Of a stretch of DNA of 64,000 bases, positions 35,719 through 47,505 are shown piece after piece. Both the position numbers and the translations under genes were made by a program. The notes below the pieces were generated by a model. The model had not been told where the DNA came from and did no database searches. It worked only from the letters and a program-made list of their open reading frames with translations. The stretch comes from Eukaryota sp. TZLM1-RC (lineage: Eukaryota > Protista > Metamonada: BaSk clade): contig JAUPSS010000004.1 of NCBI GenBank assembly GCA_040285825.1, positions 5,051,784 through 5,115,783 of the forward strand, given 5' to 3'. Positions within the stretch are counted from its first letter, which is position 1. Each line of letters starts with the position of its first letter.

Positions 35719-36570
35719 TCAATCATAGTCCTCGTGTTCTTCAAAAGTCGCCACATTTCTGACCTCATTTCTGACCTCTTCCCACTCATCACGACCTTCT
35801 TCCTTTTCTCCCTCATCCAGATCTTCCCTCTCTGATTGCAACCCCACTTCTCCTTTAGCGTCCTTCACTTCTCCATCGCCATCCCAATACTTCTCCTCCT
35901 CCAACTCATACTCAACATCCTTAGGTTTTGCAGCCTCTATCCCCGACCATCCCTTTGTTCTTATTACTTCCAAAACCTCTTCCATATCCCTGGTATCTCT
36001 CTCATTTGGTTCGTATTGCAAAGCTGCTTGAACTGATTTGAAATCTTTCTTCAATTCATAATTGTATTTGATACTCAATTCTTTTCTAGTTTTATCAGGA
36101 AATAAAGCTCCTATTAATGTGAAATTTGTTTTGAACAGTTTTAAACCTTTGTAAAACAATAAATCGTCATCATTCTTCCATCGGACTCTGGTTTTCTTTT
36201 TCCCAAATGATGCAGAGTTAATGGCAGGTTCCTCATAGTCAGGTAGGTCCACTTCCATAGCATAAGAACCACGTCGGGAACGTTTCGGTGGAGGCTGGAG
36301 GTCAGTGAAGACAATCTCCCCATTGACGATTTGAAGAGCATTCTCCTGTTCGGGTTCATCAGTATTTGTGTCCTGAAGCAGGGGTTGTTCTACAAGGATT
36401 GGTGTGGTGGATGGAGCATCGTTTTGTTGAGATAGACGTTGTGATTTGCGTTCAGCTCGTTCCTTGGCACGTTTGAGAGCACGTGGAGATGGTTCCCCTA
36501 TAGAAGAACGAGATCTGATGAGTTGTTGTAGAGTGAACGGTGAAGGAAGAGTGGATGGTGGGTCAGACAT
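35719..36570 (-). CDS. BDP1: TFIIIB B'' subunit (BDP1)-like SANT/Myb protein
   Basis: INSASFGKK...RW...LFYKGLKLFKTNFTLIGALFPDKTRKELSIKYNYE matches the Bdp1 SANT domain. Confidence 0.82.
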   Translation of the reverse strand: MSDPPSTLPSPFTLQQLIRSRSSIGEPSPRALKRAKERAERKSQRLSQQNDAPSTTPILVEQPLLQDTNTDEPEQENALQIVNGEIVFTDLQPPPKRSRRGSYAMEVDLPDYEEPAINSASFGKKKTRVRWKNDDDLLFYKGLKLFKTNFTLIGALFPDKTRKELSIKYNYELKKDFKSVQAALQYEPNERDTRDMEEVLEVIRTKGWSGIEAAKPKDVEYELEEEKYWDGDGEVKDAKGEVGLQSEREDLDEGEKEEGRDEWEEVRNEVRNVATFEEHEDYD

Positions 36571-37824
36571 TTGAATTATCTCTAAAGAATCTTCAGAACT
36601 TCTCGATACTAATCTTATTGAAGAACTTATTATTAAAGCAATGATTGAAGAATAGTGTATTTATAGCATTTCACGAAAATGATAAATATGAATTACTAGG
36701 AACTCCATTTCTAGTAAATGATTGTAAATGAATGTAAGCCTATCATATCGTTGTGGAAGTTTCAACAGATCGATGTGGAAATTCAAATAACATTTTTCTT
36801 GATGAATATGAATTAATTATGAAACTTATTATTGACTACGATACTGAAGTCTTTAGCAGTTTCGGAATTTATCTCTATGGACACAATTACTTTGAGCTAA
36901 GTGACTTTGACACTTACTAAAGTTCTAAAGAAATCGCAGAATATATTTGTGATAGATTAACTACTATTTGTGAAGGCGAAGTAACTTACGCAAGAACTAC
37001 TAATTCTTTTTTGTTTATTTTTGAAAAATATTATCTTTAACGTCCTAACTGTGAACGTGATGATGAATTAATTAAAAATGCAATCCTAAAAAAGACTAAT
37101 GTCTAGAATACTAATAAGGATAGAACTATGAAAGAAAACTTTAAATATCCCAGTCCTAATTTTCCTTACGATTTCGCCTGCGAAGAAATCATCATCCATT
37201 TGCAACTATTACTCCAAAAACTACTTTGAGTGATGAAACAAAACATAGATTAGCCTTACTTATTCAAACGATGGACAGAATGTAGAGTAATACTAATTCA
37301 AGGCCATTCTTATAATAAAATAATTGTGCGAAAGATGGAACTCAGAAATTTAAGAAAGCTATTCGTGATTACTCTACTAAATTCGTTCCACAATAATAGA
37401 AATAAGATTATGTATGTGAAAGGGTAGTCTCTAACTTCTCAAAATACAAGAATAAATGTATAAATGGTTGAAAAATGGAATCAACTTTTGACATTGTAAT
37501 AGACAATTACTCAACAGACAAAATTCCTCTTATACTGAGTGGTTGGTGTGTATCAAGTTTAACAATTCTTTGAAGTTAAACAAATAGTATTATATTAATT
37601 GCGCAACAAACTCGAGCTAATCGGTCCATTGATCCTACAGCAGCTGAAAACGACAAAGCTAGACCCTACTACAGGCTACATCCCAGTATTCCCGATGATT
37701 CAACAATTAAAGCACTCAACCAACTTTCACCAAGATGGAGGAAGTTATTATCAGGGAAAATGACCTTTATCTTCTAGATACACTGGTATTTGCAAAGAAA
37801 TTTATCAAAATCCAATATGATCAT

Positions 37825-37970
37825 AAATTGGGCAATCTTGCGTATTAAATGAATAGTGAAAAGAAAATGAAACTTCATCAGGAATTTATCATTACGTTAC
37901 CTGTTTAGCCACTGCTTCACTTAGACAAAATTTGATTCCATATGGGCTTCATGATTGTGTATTATTGCTC
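37825..37970 (+). pseudogene. Relic of the exonuclease-Fanzor element (ExoIII region)
   Basis: GGCAATCT...GAAAAGAAAATGAAACTTCATCAGGAATTT...TATGGGCTTCATGATTGTGT matches the reverse complement of ~45270-45410. Confidence 0.7.
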
Positions 37971-38219
37971 CCTTAATTATCTAATACAATAACATCAATA
38001 GGTACGACATCAGCTGAGTTATGAAAAAATCCAACGCATCATGACGGGACGCAGCTTGGACTTGCTTTTCAAGTCACGACACGTCATGACATCAGAATAT
38101 TGACATTAACAAGTTTAAGTCTTCATATACTCCATCTAAACTTCATTTCAATACACCTCTTACGTAGCAAAAATATTCAATGAAAAAATCATACAGAATA
38201 GAGACAGCAAACCGAAAAG

Positions 38220-38640
38220 TTATACCATGATTGAAGACCTAAAAGTGCCTGGACTATATCATCATTCAACAGCGAACGCTTGGGTGTAATCACCAATCCT
38301 GCTTGTTCTGCTGGAACTGATGTAGACTGAATACTAAAGAAATTTCAGACAATCTGTTGGAAATCTTGCCTCAGGATGGAAATCTTTTGGAATCAACTGT
38401 CCAATAGTTCAATGGATAAGCATTAGTCCTTCTCTCACTCAAGAAATCATCCCATTCATTGATTTCTTCCAGTGCAATCATATGTTCTGTTTCTGACATA
38501 TCAGAAAACTCATAAACGGCAGACACTATTTCAGCTTCAACAAAAGAACAGAATTTAACAAGAAAGGGAAAGTCTGTCAATCAAGGAACAAATGAAGAAA
38601 CTTTTGCGGAAATAGATTGAATCATTTGTTGGGTGGCATC
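38220..38640 (-). mobile_element. hAT transposase C-terminal dimerization-domain relic
   Basis: PLNYW...RFP, then in another frame SIQSTSVPAE..AGLVITPKRSLLNDDIVQALLGLQSW. Confidence 0.75.
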
Positions 38641-38799
38641 ATATCAGGTATTTACACATTTTAATTTTAATTTAAAGCTGAATATATTGCTCACAAAAGT
38701 TTCCATTTCCATTTTCACTTCCAAACGCAAAAGAAAAATATAAAAATCCTCTACACTTTGCCATCTCTAGCCCACAGTTTTTAATTGCTTTAATGTTGA

Positions 38800-39145
38800 A
38801 CATGCTGGCCAAAATAAAATTGTTAAATATGCGAAACTTATTTCCTCAGTTAATGAAAATTCTCATGCCCAATATAATTTATGTTCCTTTGTTTTTTCTT
38901 TGTTTGCATCTCTAGGTAAGGATGCTATGGCTTTCCTTGAGGATTTTGTTGTAGTTGTAAAGGAATGAACTGGAAGAATTTTCAATCGTGTTTACTGGCA
39001 AAACAGGATTGTATTTTCTATTTTTAAGGGAATGGTAAAACTAATTTCTGATTCACTCTCTTCTTTTGGGAAATTTTCTGAATCTTTGGCAAATATTTGT
39101 TTTGATGTAGGAGAGGCTGGTTTTGAGGATTTGGAGTTTTAGTTG
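38800..39145 (+). mobile_element. RLE non-LTR 3' fragment (family D-like)
   Basis: HAQYNL.PFVFSLF and YWQNRIVFSIFKG remnants. Confidence 0.75.
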
Positions 39146-40050
39146 TGTATTTCATGTTTTAAAATTTCATATTAAATGAATAAAATGGACAGCATGCAAA
39201 AAAAATGTTGAATATTTCATGTATGAAGAAAACCTTTTGTACGTTGTATACTGATAACAAATGATAACCGCCCCGTTTTCCCTCTGTAATGAGTTCAAGG
39301 AAGAGAATGAACATACAACTCTTCTAGCAATGAGGTTTGAAAGAGGGTGATAAATTTCTGTTTTTTTCAATATCTGTTTTTCATATCTACAGTTGCTGTC
39401 TTATCATCTTCGGCTTCGCTGATTAACTCCACACCTTCTGCTTGATCCCGCTTCATGACGCGGTAGATAACACCTAGTCACCGCCAGTAACTGTTTCAAA
39501 AGAGAATGACTTTTCTCCAATCCACAGTACATCCACTAGCTTGTCGTGGTTGTTTAAGTCACATCGAAGGATGGTATAGATATTGATTACAGTTGCCAAC
39601 AGTTTCATAGACATCGTGAACTTAATCTATTCACACATCAAGGACCATTCTCTTCTGCCTTGTTTTCACACCAAAACTACTGATTGCTATCGATACCCCC
39701 TTTTTCGGATTGAATAACACTCTAAATACCATTCTATTCAATAGTGAATCACTGCAGTCCGTGGAAGATTCCTCGCATATAGCCTTGTTCTCACACAACT
39801 AGTTCCTTCTTTAAACATTTATATGGGGAACTTCTTGGGGTTTTATCTAATCTGAATTACGTAAACACCATTCGTAATCCATTCGACTCCATATCAAGTA
39901 GAATCCAGGGCTATATGTCCATTATTGCTGCTATATAAGTTACAAATACTAAAACAATGGTAAAGAAACAATTTGAAATCTATATTTTTCAATTTATAAT
40001 ATTAAATAAAAAATGCGGGAAAGTTATATTTAATAGAATTTAGTATATAT

Positions 40051-40539
40051 TTAGCATATAAGTATACTGTTTATGGCCTCCACAATTTTATCAATCTCGT
40101 TATAGCGCAACATTGACTGTGACTCCTTTTGTCCACCAATTACACGTGTAAGAGCTTTCTCAAACCAATTCAACTTCTCCATGATCAACTCGCCACCTAC
40201 CAACGCATTACACAGAGACTTGGAACGTAGAGATTCTGGGTAAGTGTTATCAAAGACCTGTTGGGCCTGGTTCTGGGACATACATGACACAAATAAACCA
40301 ATATGCTTGTCCTGGAGCACATCCATATTTTGATTAATAAAAGACGTCAGCTGTTTTTGGACAGATCCTGCGTAGACAGACCCTCCGAGGATGATAACAT
40401 CAAAAGAACTGCAATCAATAGTACTGTTGTCCTTGGCGTTGAACAGACAGATGTTGTCTGAGTTGATACGTTCCTTGAGATACTCAGCAACTTTGAGGAC
40501 TGCACCGTGTTTGGTTGTGTAAACAATTGCGATTCGCAT
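40051..40539 (-). CDS. Flavodoxin-domain protein (HemG/Flavodoxin_5-like)
   Basis: IVYTTKHGAVLKVAE FMN loop, FDVIILGGSVYAG, GLFVSCM; ATG at 40539. Confidence 0.88.
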   Translation of the reverse strand: MRIAIVYTTKHGAVLKVAEYLKERINSDNICLFNAKDNSTIDCSSFDVIILGGSVYAGSVQKQLTSFINQNMDVLQDKHIGLFVSCMSQNQAQQVFDNTYPESLRSKSLCNALVGGELIMEKLNWFEKALTRVIGGQKESQSMLRYNEIDKIVEAINSILIC

Positions 40540-41539
40540 CAAATACAATGATTGTAAACGCAATGTTTTTGGCCTTCATTTGTTTTTCTACATCAATTTC
40601 ATTTCAATTGATGTCTCTATCAGTCAGATCTAGGAGTTGGTAGTGCACCAGAAACCATTTTCAACACCCCTGTAAACCTCAAGAAAACAAGCTTGTTTAA
40701 TTACAATGATCTTGTAAAAGTAATCTTCAACTATGTGCATTATGTATCAAATTTCTAAAAAGTGACGAGAAATGGTAAAGAAATAGTAAATCAACTAGCA
40801 AAAACATGGTCTTTACATAAGGCTTTCATAAGTCCTAGGACAAGTGATCGTTTGTTGGTCTTTGTTGGGACGTTTCTTAATTAAACAATGTTTAAAAAGA
40901 AATTAATTTATGCAGAGTGAAGAAAATCGATGAAAATAACATAAAAGCTATTATATAATTACAATATAATTATAAATGCTATTTGACAGTCGGATCACGT
41001 CATCACCTTTCAAAAGGGGAAAGACACCTTCAGCTAGGGCTAACATGGTGGATCTACACAGGTTACAAACAAGATCCTTCATAAAAAATGATTCATCTTC
41101 CATCATTTAGTTTTCCTTCACTTTTAATCAAAATGAAAAGAAGGAATTCTGAACAAGTGGATGAATAGTGTTTCGAACGTATAAAATGAAAAACAAAAGA
41201 CCCGTCAGATGCTCCTGATCAACATCTCCTGTATCACCCTTTCTTTGTGCTTGTGTAATAGATGGTCTAATAAATAATGTAATGGAATTAATCAATAATT
41301 TGAAACACAGGAATCCAAATGGGTAAAACTTCAATGGGTTTTTACAAGACTCAGCTTGTTGTTTTCTGATGGAATTGAATTGTTAATAATAATAGAATTT
41401 TGTACAAATGTTTAATTCCCTCAAACAAGCCTACAATGATGATTGATCAAGAAAGACTTTGTACAACAACATAATAAAAAACACTAAATAAAACATCAAT
41501 AAATCAATCAGAAAAAAACTATACACAAACTACTTGAAA

Positions 41540-42388
41540 CTACAAAACAAAACCAAAAACCACAACAAAAATCATAATTAATCCAAAAATCTTTAACAAC
41601 AAAGCTCTGTCATTCTTTGTTCGTTCCCATATCCTCTCAATATGCCTCTGTGCTCCTTGAACGTCTGCAAAAGCATCGTCTACATTCCGCTCAATATGTA
41701 TTATAGCATCACCCTGTTCAGCTACCATTGAATTAAAAGTAGAGAAAAGTTGTGCTAATTCTGTTAAATGTGTTTCAATTGATTGAACTGCTTGTCGTCT
41801 GTCAGCCATCGTATTTGATTGTTCCATCATTTGTGATTGCTGCTGTGATTGATCACGTGATTCTGACTGAGTTTCCGGTATTTCTTCAAAAGCGGTCGGT
41901 GGGAGTTGAACCCGTGACCTAGACGACTGGAACCTATCCCTCCTAGCATTTTGGCGTTGTAAGGTTTGCGATTGTGACTCTAGAGTGGTCTTATATAACT
42001 GAGATGTGGTACGGAATTGCTTATTTAGCTGAGAGATTACTCCTTTCTTGTGCTGTTCTTCTTGTGAAAGGGAGGAGGTGTTGACTGTACCAAGTTGTTT
42101 CATTTGCTCTCCAACGACAGACATGTTCTGTCGTATTGAGTGTGATAAACGTTGGACATCTACTGTGAGACTGGAGTCTCCAATTGTGCCTTGAGATTTC
42201 ACAAGTTGAGTCATTTGGTCTAATTGACCACTGATTTTAGTGAGGTTTCCAGCAATGACAGATGCAAGTGAAGCAAATTGTGATTGGGGAGTAGGTTTTT
42301 GGGATGTAGGGAGTGCTGCAAGTTGTTCATTTTGAGAAGAAACTATGTTGAAGAACTCACGAGTTCGTTCACGAAAAGCCGAGGACAT
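41540..42388 (-). CDS. STX5: Syntaxin-5 / Sed5 Golgi Qa-SNARE
   Basis: RERTREF N-peptide, SNARE motif AVQSIETHLTELAQLF...MVAEQGD, C-terminal TM preceded by DRALLLKIFG. Confidence 0.9.
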   Translation of the reverse strand: MSSAFRERTREFFNIVSSQNEQLAALPTSQKPTPQSQFASLASVIAGNLTKISGQLDQMTQLVKSQGTIGDSSLTVDVQRLSHSIRQNMSVVGEQMKQLGTVNTSSLSQEEQHKKGVISQLNKQFRTTSQLYKTTLESQSQTLQRQNARRDRFQSSRSRVQLPPTAFEEIPETQSESRDQSQQQSQMMEQSNTMADRRQAVQSIETHLTELAQLFSTFNSMVAEQGDAIIHIERNVDDAFADVQGAQRHIERIWERTKNDRALLLKIFGLIMIFVVVFGFVL

Positions 42389-42498
42389 TGATAATGGTGA
42401 TGGTGAATACCAACTATAACAAGAAGAAATCTTGGTCAACTAGTTTCTCATCTGTGGGAAATTCCCATAAATACACGATCAATTTTCGTGTGGAATAA

Positions 42499-45400
42499 TT
42501 ACAAAAACCATCTACTACACAGATACTGAGGCCTTTCATTACCCCTCATTCTAGCTTCAGCAATAGCAAACATATTCAGACAAGCCAGCTTATTTCTATT
42601 GAAAAGCTTTGTTGAGCCTTTGTTACTGTGTTTGCAACACTCACCGTTACAAGCTAATAAACCATGACATGTAGGAACAGGAGTCTCTTCTCTTCTACAG
42701 AATCTGGGATTTGTTACTCTCAAAAATTTAGCGACCTTTTCAAAACAAACAGGACATTTTGCTGAAGTTTTTTTATTAATTTCAATTTTATTCAAAACTT
42801 ATAAATCAACATCTAAAAAATCCATCTCTCCCAAAACAAAAACACTAGATGCAACTCTCTCATAGTGAGATCCAAGAGAAAGCAAAGCATCAGAAACCAT
42901 CTTCAACATCCCCTTAAAAATAAAAAACACAATTCTATTTTGCCAAAATAATCTGTTGAAATTTCAACTAGTTTTTCTCTTTACAATCATTTCAAAATCT
43001 TCCAAAAAACGTAAAGCAGTTGGTGCAAGTGAACCAAAAAGGGAAAATACAAATGGATACAAATTGTATTTTGCATGCTGTAGACTGGCCAATTTGGACA
43101 AAGGTTCATTGTATTTTTTGAATTTAAAATTTTCAGCATTTGAAAGAGGATTATGAATTTCAGAATTAACAAGCCTTTCATTTGAGGCATTACAAGGATC
43201 AACAGACATTACATCCAATAAAATGAAGCTTCCATCTAATCCAGGTAATATTACATCACCTCTATTATTCTTATAAAAATCATCTTCAGCATCAAACAGA
43301 TTTGACAACAGAGGTTCCAAAAAGGATTCAATTCTATGAGACTTACACATTCAATATAACTGGTCTCATACAGCATCATGAACCTTGCTTCTAAAAGTAA
43401 TAAAGTGTTTACAATATAACAAATGAGTAATTGTAATTTTTCGAGAACATTGACAAATTAAATTATGAGGTAAATCATCAGGCCAGATAAAGGAACGAAA
43501 TCTCATATTCAGAGTCCAACCAGAATCAGTTAAAAGAGTACCATAAACTTGAGGAATTGTTGTTACTAAGGCAGAAGAAGTACTGTCACACATATCTTGT
43601 AAAAGATTTGCAAAAGCGGGATTCTTTTTCTTGGCCAAGCCAAGTCTAACATCAAAATCCAAGCTTTCAAAAATCTTTGACAATTTTTGTTGAAGCTTTT
43701 TACAGCAAAACTGTAAATTAAAAAGAAATCGGTTTGGAATTTCTTGAATTGATTGAGGAAAACATTTGGTACAAATTAGTGGCGGCAATTTTTCAATTTC
43801 ACATGATAACTCATACAAATATGGACTGCAATTGGGAACTAACAGATGAGAATCATCAGGAAATCTACGAGAAAATTCATAAATAAAATTTTTGTCACCA
43901 CCCAAGAATGCTGATTGACACAAAATTGAAGATTTAGTAAATCCAATACCACCCAAATTTGCTGATGAAAATAAGTGACTTTTCAACATTCCTGATTCTA
44001 CATTCAATAAATCAGCAAAAAATTCTGTTCTCAATGAATTAAAAGAACGACAAAAATCTAATGCTATGGAAGGAGCACAATATCTCAAAAAGTGGGTTAT
44101 TCTCCCAGTGTAGCAAATTTTAAGCATGAAAAATTTAATATGTTTTTCTATATCTAAAGAAGAAATTGAATCAAGTTCAATTTTCATTTTTTCCAAAATA
44201 ACTTCCAATTCATTCTGAATTTGAGGCACGTTCCTAACCAACAACCAAGGAACTTAAAAGCATCACTACTATAATTAGTAAAGGGGACAATAGAATCATT
44301 TATCACGAGATCTTGAGCAGAAGAGCCAATGAGAAGGCATTTGCTCGCATTAAGATGAAGCCCAATATTTTCATATGAATCAGCAATTTCTTTTGCTGAA
44401 GTGAAAGCTTCATTGATCATCAATACTTCAAAATCATTTCTTTTCCGAAATTAAATCCATCCAATGCCTCGAGCAGGCCTATGATGTTTCAAATTCTTAA
44501 AACCATTTGTCATTTCGTTAGACTCGATCATTTGGTTCCTGTCATAACCTACCTCAGTATATTTGGTCGCCAATCGTTTCTGTTTTTCATTCATCCTACT
44601 TTTCAAAGACCAGGACATCGGAGTCATTCTCTACCATTTGAATTTCTTGTCTTGATTCATCACCTGACCATTTCTTTGTTGTTCAGTTTCATGTTCAGGC
44701 ACCATGGCTAATTCTGGATCCGTTTTTTACTCCCAAAATACAATAAATCACGTTTTCCAGGATCACAAACAACAATTCGTTTGTCTTGAAAAGTATCAAC
44801 ATCAACATCATCAATAAATAAATCAGAAACACTGGCCTTGTTGTCTGGCTTACATTTCTCACCTTGTAAATCCCGACGAACAAATTCTACTGCAATATTA
44901 AATCCATCTGTGTGGATAATGTTGTTGATTTTATAGCTCTTCTATTTGAACATTGATTGATTTAAATCGAGAATATTAGACCAAAAGTCAAATTGTTCAG
45001 GTGATTTGAATTCCATAATTTGGGCTCGTGTATTGACCTTTTTTAATCTCGTGGTGGTATGAAATTACGTACAAAACAAGACTGTAAATACAGCTTTAAG
45101 CAACATGTGGCGTGTATTTGTAATTGTTGAAATTTTACAGCAGTTTCTCTCAATTTAAGTATCGCATTTGAATGTTTAACCATTGAGTTGACGGTTGCTG
45201 GAATGGTTTTATAAGATGATAAAATAAATATGTCTTTCTGAAACATCACGAAAAGTTTCAGACAAAGGACACAATCATGAAGCCCATAATGAATTGAATT
45301 TTGTATCAGAGGAGAAGTAGCTAAACAATCAATTGGCAAAATATGGAAAAATTCCTGATGAAGTTTGATTTTCTTTTCATTTTTCATTCTATGTGCCAGA

Positions 45401-45951
45401 TTGCCTAATACATGTCCAAATCAAGCTGCAGTAAATTGTGATTAAGACAACAATGGGGTTGATGATGATGAACCTGTGAAGCAAGATTTTTTCGTCAGGG
45501 AACATTTCTGCCTGAACATACATATCAATGTCTGCTAATCTGATTTGAGGACTCATTCTCAATATAAGTGAATATTTACTCTCCAAACAGAAATTATGGT
45601 GGTCAAACTTACAAATAACAATCGAAATAAAAAACACTTTTTGATTTGAAATCCACTCACCCATTTGTTCATCAGTTTGCTTTTTCAAAAGATTTGCACC
45701 TCGTTTCTCTTTTTGTTGATAGTCTCGTCAGGAAGGAGAAATTGGCCATCATGATTTTGGTAAAGATGACCATCCTGATAGGTTTCAAGATCAAAGCACA
45801 TAACAGTGGGAAAATTTTGTGTTGTTGTCCTTAATTCCAACTCTATCAAAGGATCAAGCTTGAAGCCACCACGACTTGGCTCAATTTTTTTGACCATACT
45901 CGTTTTCAATGGTCTTTTTGTCAAAATCTTCCTGTTCTCGATATTCAACAT
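42499..45951 (-). pseudogene. DEDDy exonuclease-Fanzor1 fusion pseudogene (copy A2), split by a non-LTR insertion
   Basis: ExoI FDLET (~45790), ExoII-like HNLLQLD, ExoIII YGLHD continuing in one ORF (45043-45387) into the Fanzor N-terminal IHATCCLKLYL. Then IHTDG, RuvC-I DPGKRDLLYF (~44763) and RuvC-II INEAFTSAK (~44410). After the insertion come CPVC...HGLLAC...C...NRNKLACLN...RPQYL. Confidence 0.8.
42769..44390 (-). mobile_element. 5'-truncated RLE non-LTR retrotransposon (family B) with 12-bp target-site duplication
   Basis: RT C-terminal GLHLNASKC/FKFLG, thumb, CQC...HLLYC knuckle, RGD..D endonuclease. Flanked by identical TTTTGCTGAAGT at 42757-42768 and 44391-44402. Confidence 0.92.
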
Positions 45952-46180
45952 TCAAGATGATCTCGCTGTCTGACACGCTGATTGCAATTTTGTGGTCATC
46001 AACATCAGCTCGATATACGCTCTAGCTCTTCTGGTCGTTGTTACTCCGTCTAAATTCTATGTTTTTTTCCAGTTTCCTTCCCTTTCCTTTACCTCTTGGC
46101 CTCTTACCATTCAGCTATCTCAACAATTCTCCCTTTCTCTCTCCCTCTCTGTTTCGATGGGACCTAAACAAATGCAAAAT

Positions 46181-46350
46181 TGTCTGAGGTTTTCATTTGA
46201 AATGCATACTTTCTACAAGCATCATTCAAACTTATTCTAAGAACTTTCATCCTGGGTGTGATCGTTCACAGACGTTCTAGAATCCTCGAATAATTGGCCA
46301 CCAATCTCAGCGAGCCCATTTCTCCTCCAGAACAATACGTAGCTTTGAAG
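46181..46350 (-). ncRNA. Candidate Fanzor omega-RNA scaffold / right end
   Basis: TTCAAA..ACGTATT just after the stop and ATGCATTTCAAATGAAAACCTCAGACA (46207-46181) are both shared with 7296-7400. Confidence 0.55.
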
Positions 46351-47090
46351 CTAGTTTCTTTGTGGTCTCTGGAACGCTTCTGGTCTTGTTACATAGTAGT
46401 GCTCACTAATTGCAATGTCTAGCTGATTTAGTGATGTTGAAATGTCTCTAGACCAAACTTGATTACTTTCCGGACAACCGAAATAGGCGTTGTGAACTTT
46501 AACTTCACCATTAACTTCTCGATAGATCTTTTGGTGTAGCATCTTGCAGCAGTTCACCTTTGCAGATGTCCTTTGTTCATCTCCGATCTTCACATTAGCA
46601 AATGAACATTGTGACAACTTGAGAAACGCCTTACGTGGTGTTTTCACTTTTTGACGTGATGTACCACCACCTCCATTGCCAAACCACACTTTTACTTCTC
46701 GACCGTTTGCAAATTTTTTCACTTTGTTGATAATTGAGCTGAATCTTCTCTGTTTTCTTATAAAGAAGTCAAATGTGTTTCTTCTCAATGCTTTTCGAGC
46801 GCTCAGGTATAATTGCTGCTTCAGCAATGATCGTCTTACGTTATTGCCTTCTTACTCCTTATAGTCACCGATAGTTGATATTTCAAGCAGATAATGGTTC
46901 AATTTCTGCATATCATAAACATCTATTGATGAGTGGGTCAGTGAAGCAGAGTGATTGATTTTTCGTTGCTTTGGTGCCAAGAAGATATTGGGTACGGTTG
47001 GCCCTGAACGTGTTCCAATGCCGGAACCACATAGATTTGAGTGGTTGGTTATTGAGTTTTTCAACTTCTCATGAAATCTAAGTTTAGTTT
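46351..47090 (-). pseudogene. Fanzor C-terminal half, lineage B
   Basis: Homolog of 6828-7295: VKVWFGNGG, DEQRTS, WSRDISTSLN, RPEAFQR. ORF 46852-47064 is in the same frame across one stop. Confidence 0.85.
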
Positions 47091-47505
47091 TCTTAATTGT
47101 TAAATTCCAGCAACGATATGTGCGGTCTGTGGAGAAGCAAGTGATATTTCATCAAGTGTATGAGTCAATGTGGAAACAAGTATTTTAACATTAGCAGAGA
47201 CATATAGGTGAACGAATAACAATATAACTTTGGCAAAATTTAATGAATTATAAAGTGAACTACAAATGTATTCTTCAGAATTATGTTTGTCAAATCAAAA
47301 CATGGTTAGTTATTAGCTGATGCAATATTATGATGTGCTCAAATGTAAGTTCGTGTATTACTATGGCTTGAGATTATAAAATTGATGTGAAAACATTGGA
47401 AACCACTCACACAGGTCAATTATCAATTGTGTTTGTTCTGCAGAGCTTAAGCTATTAACAAAAATTTATTCTTCAATTTGTACAACAAAAAACATCTTTT
47501 ACAGT

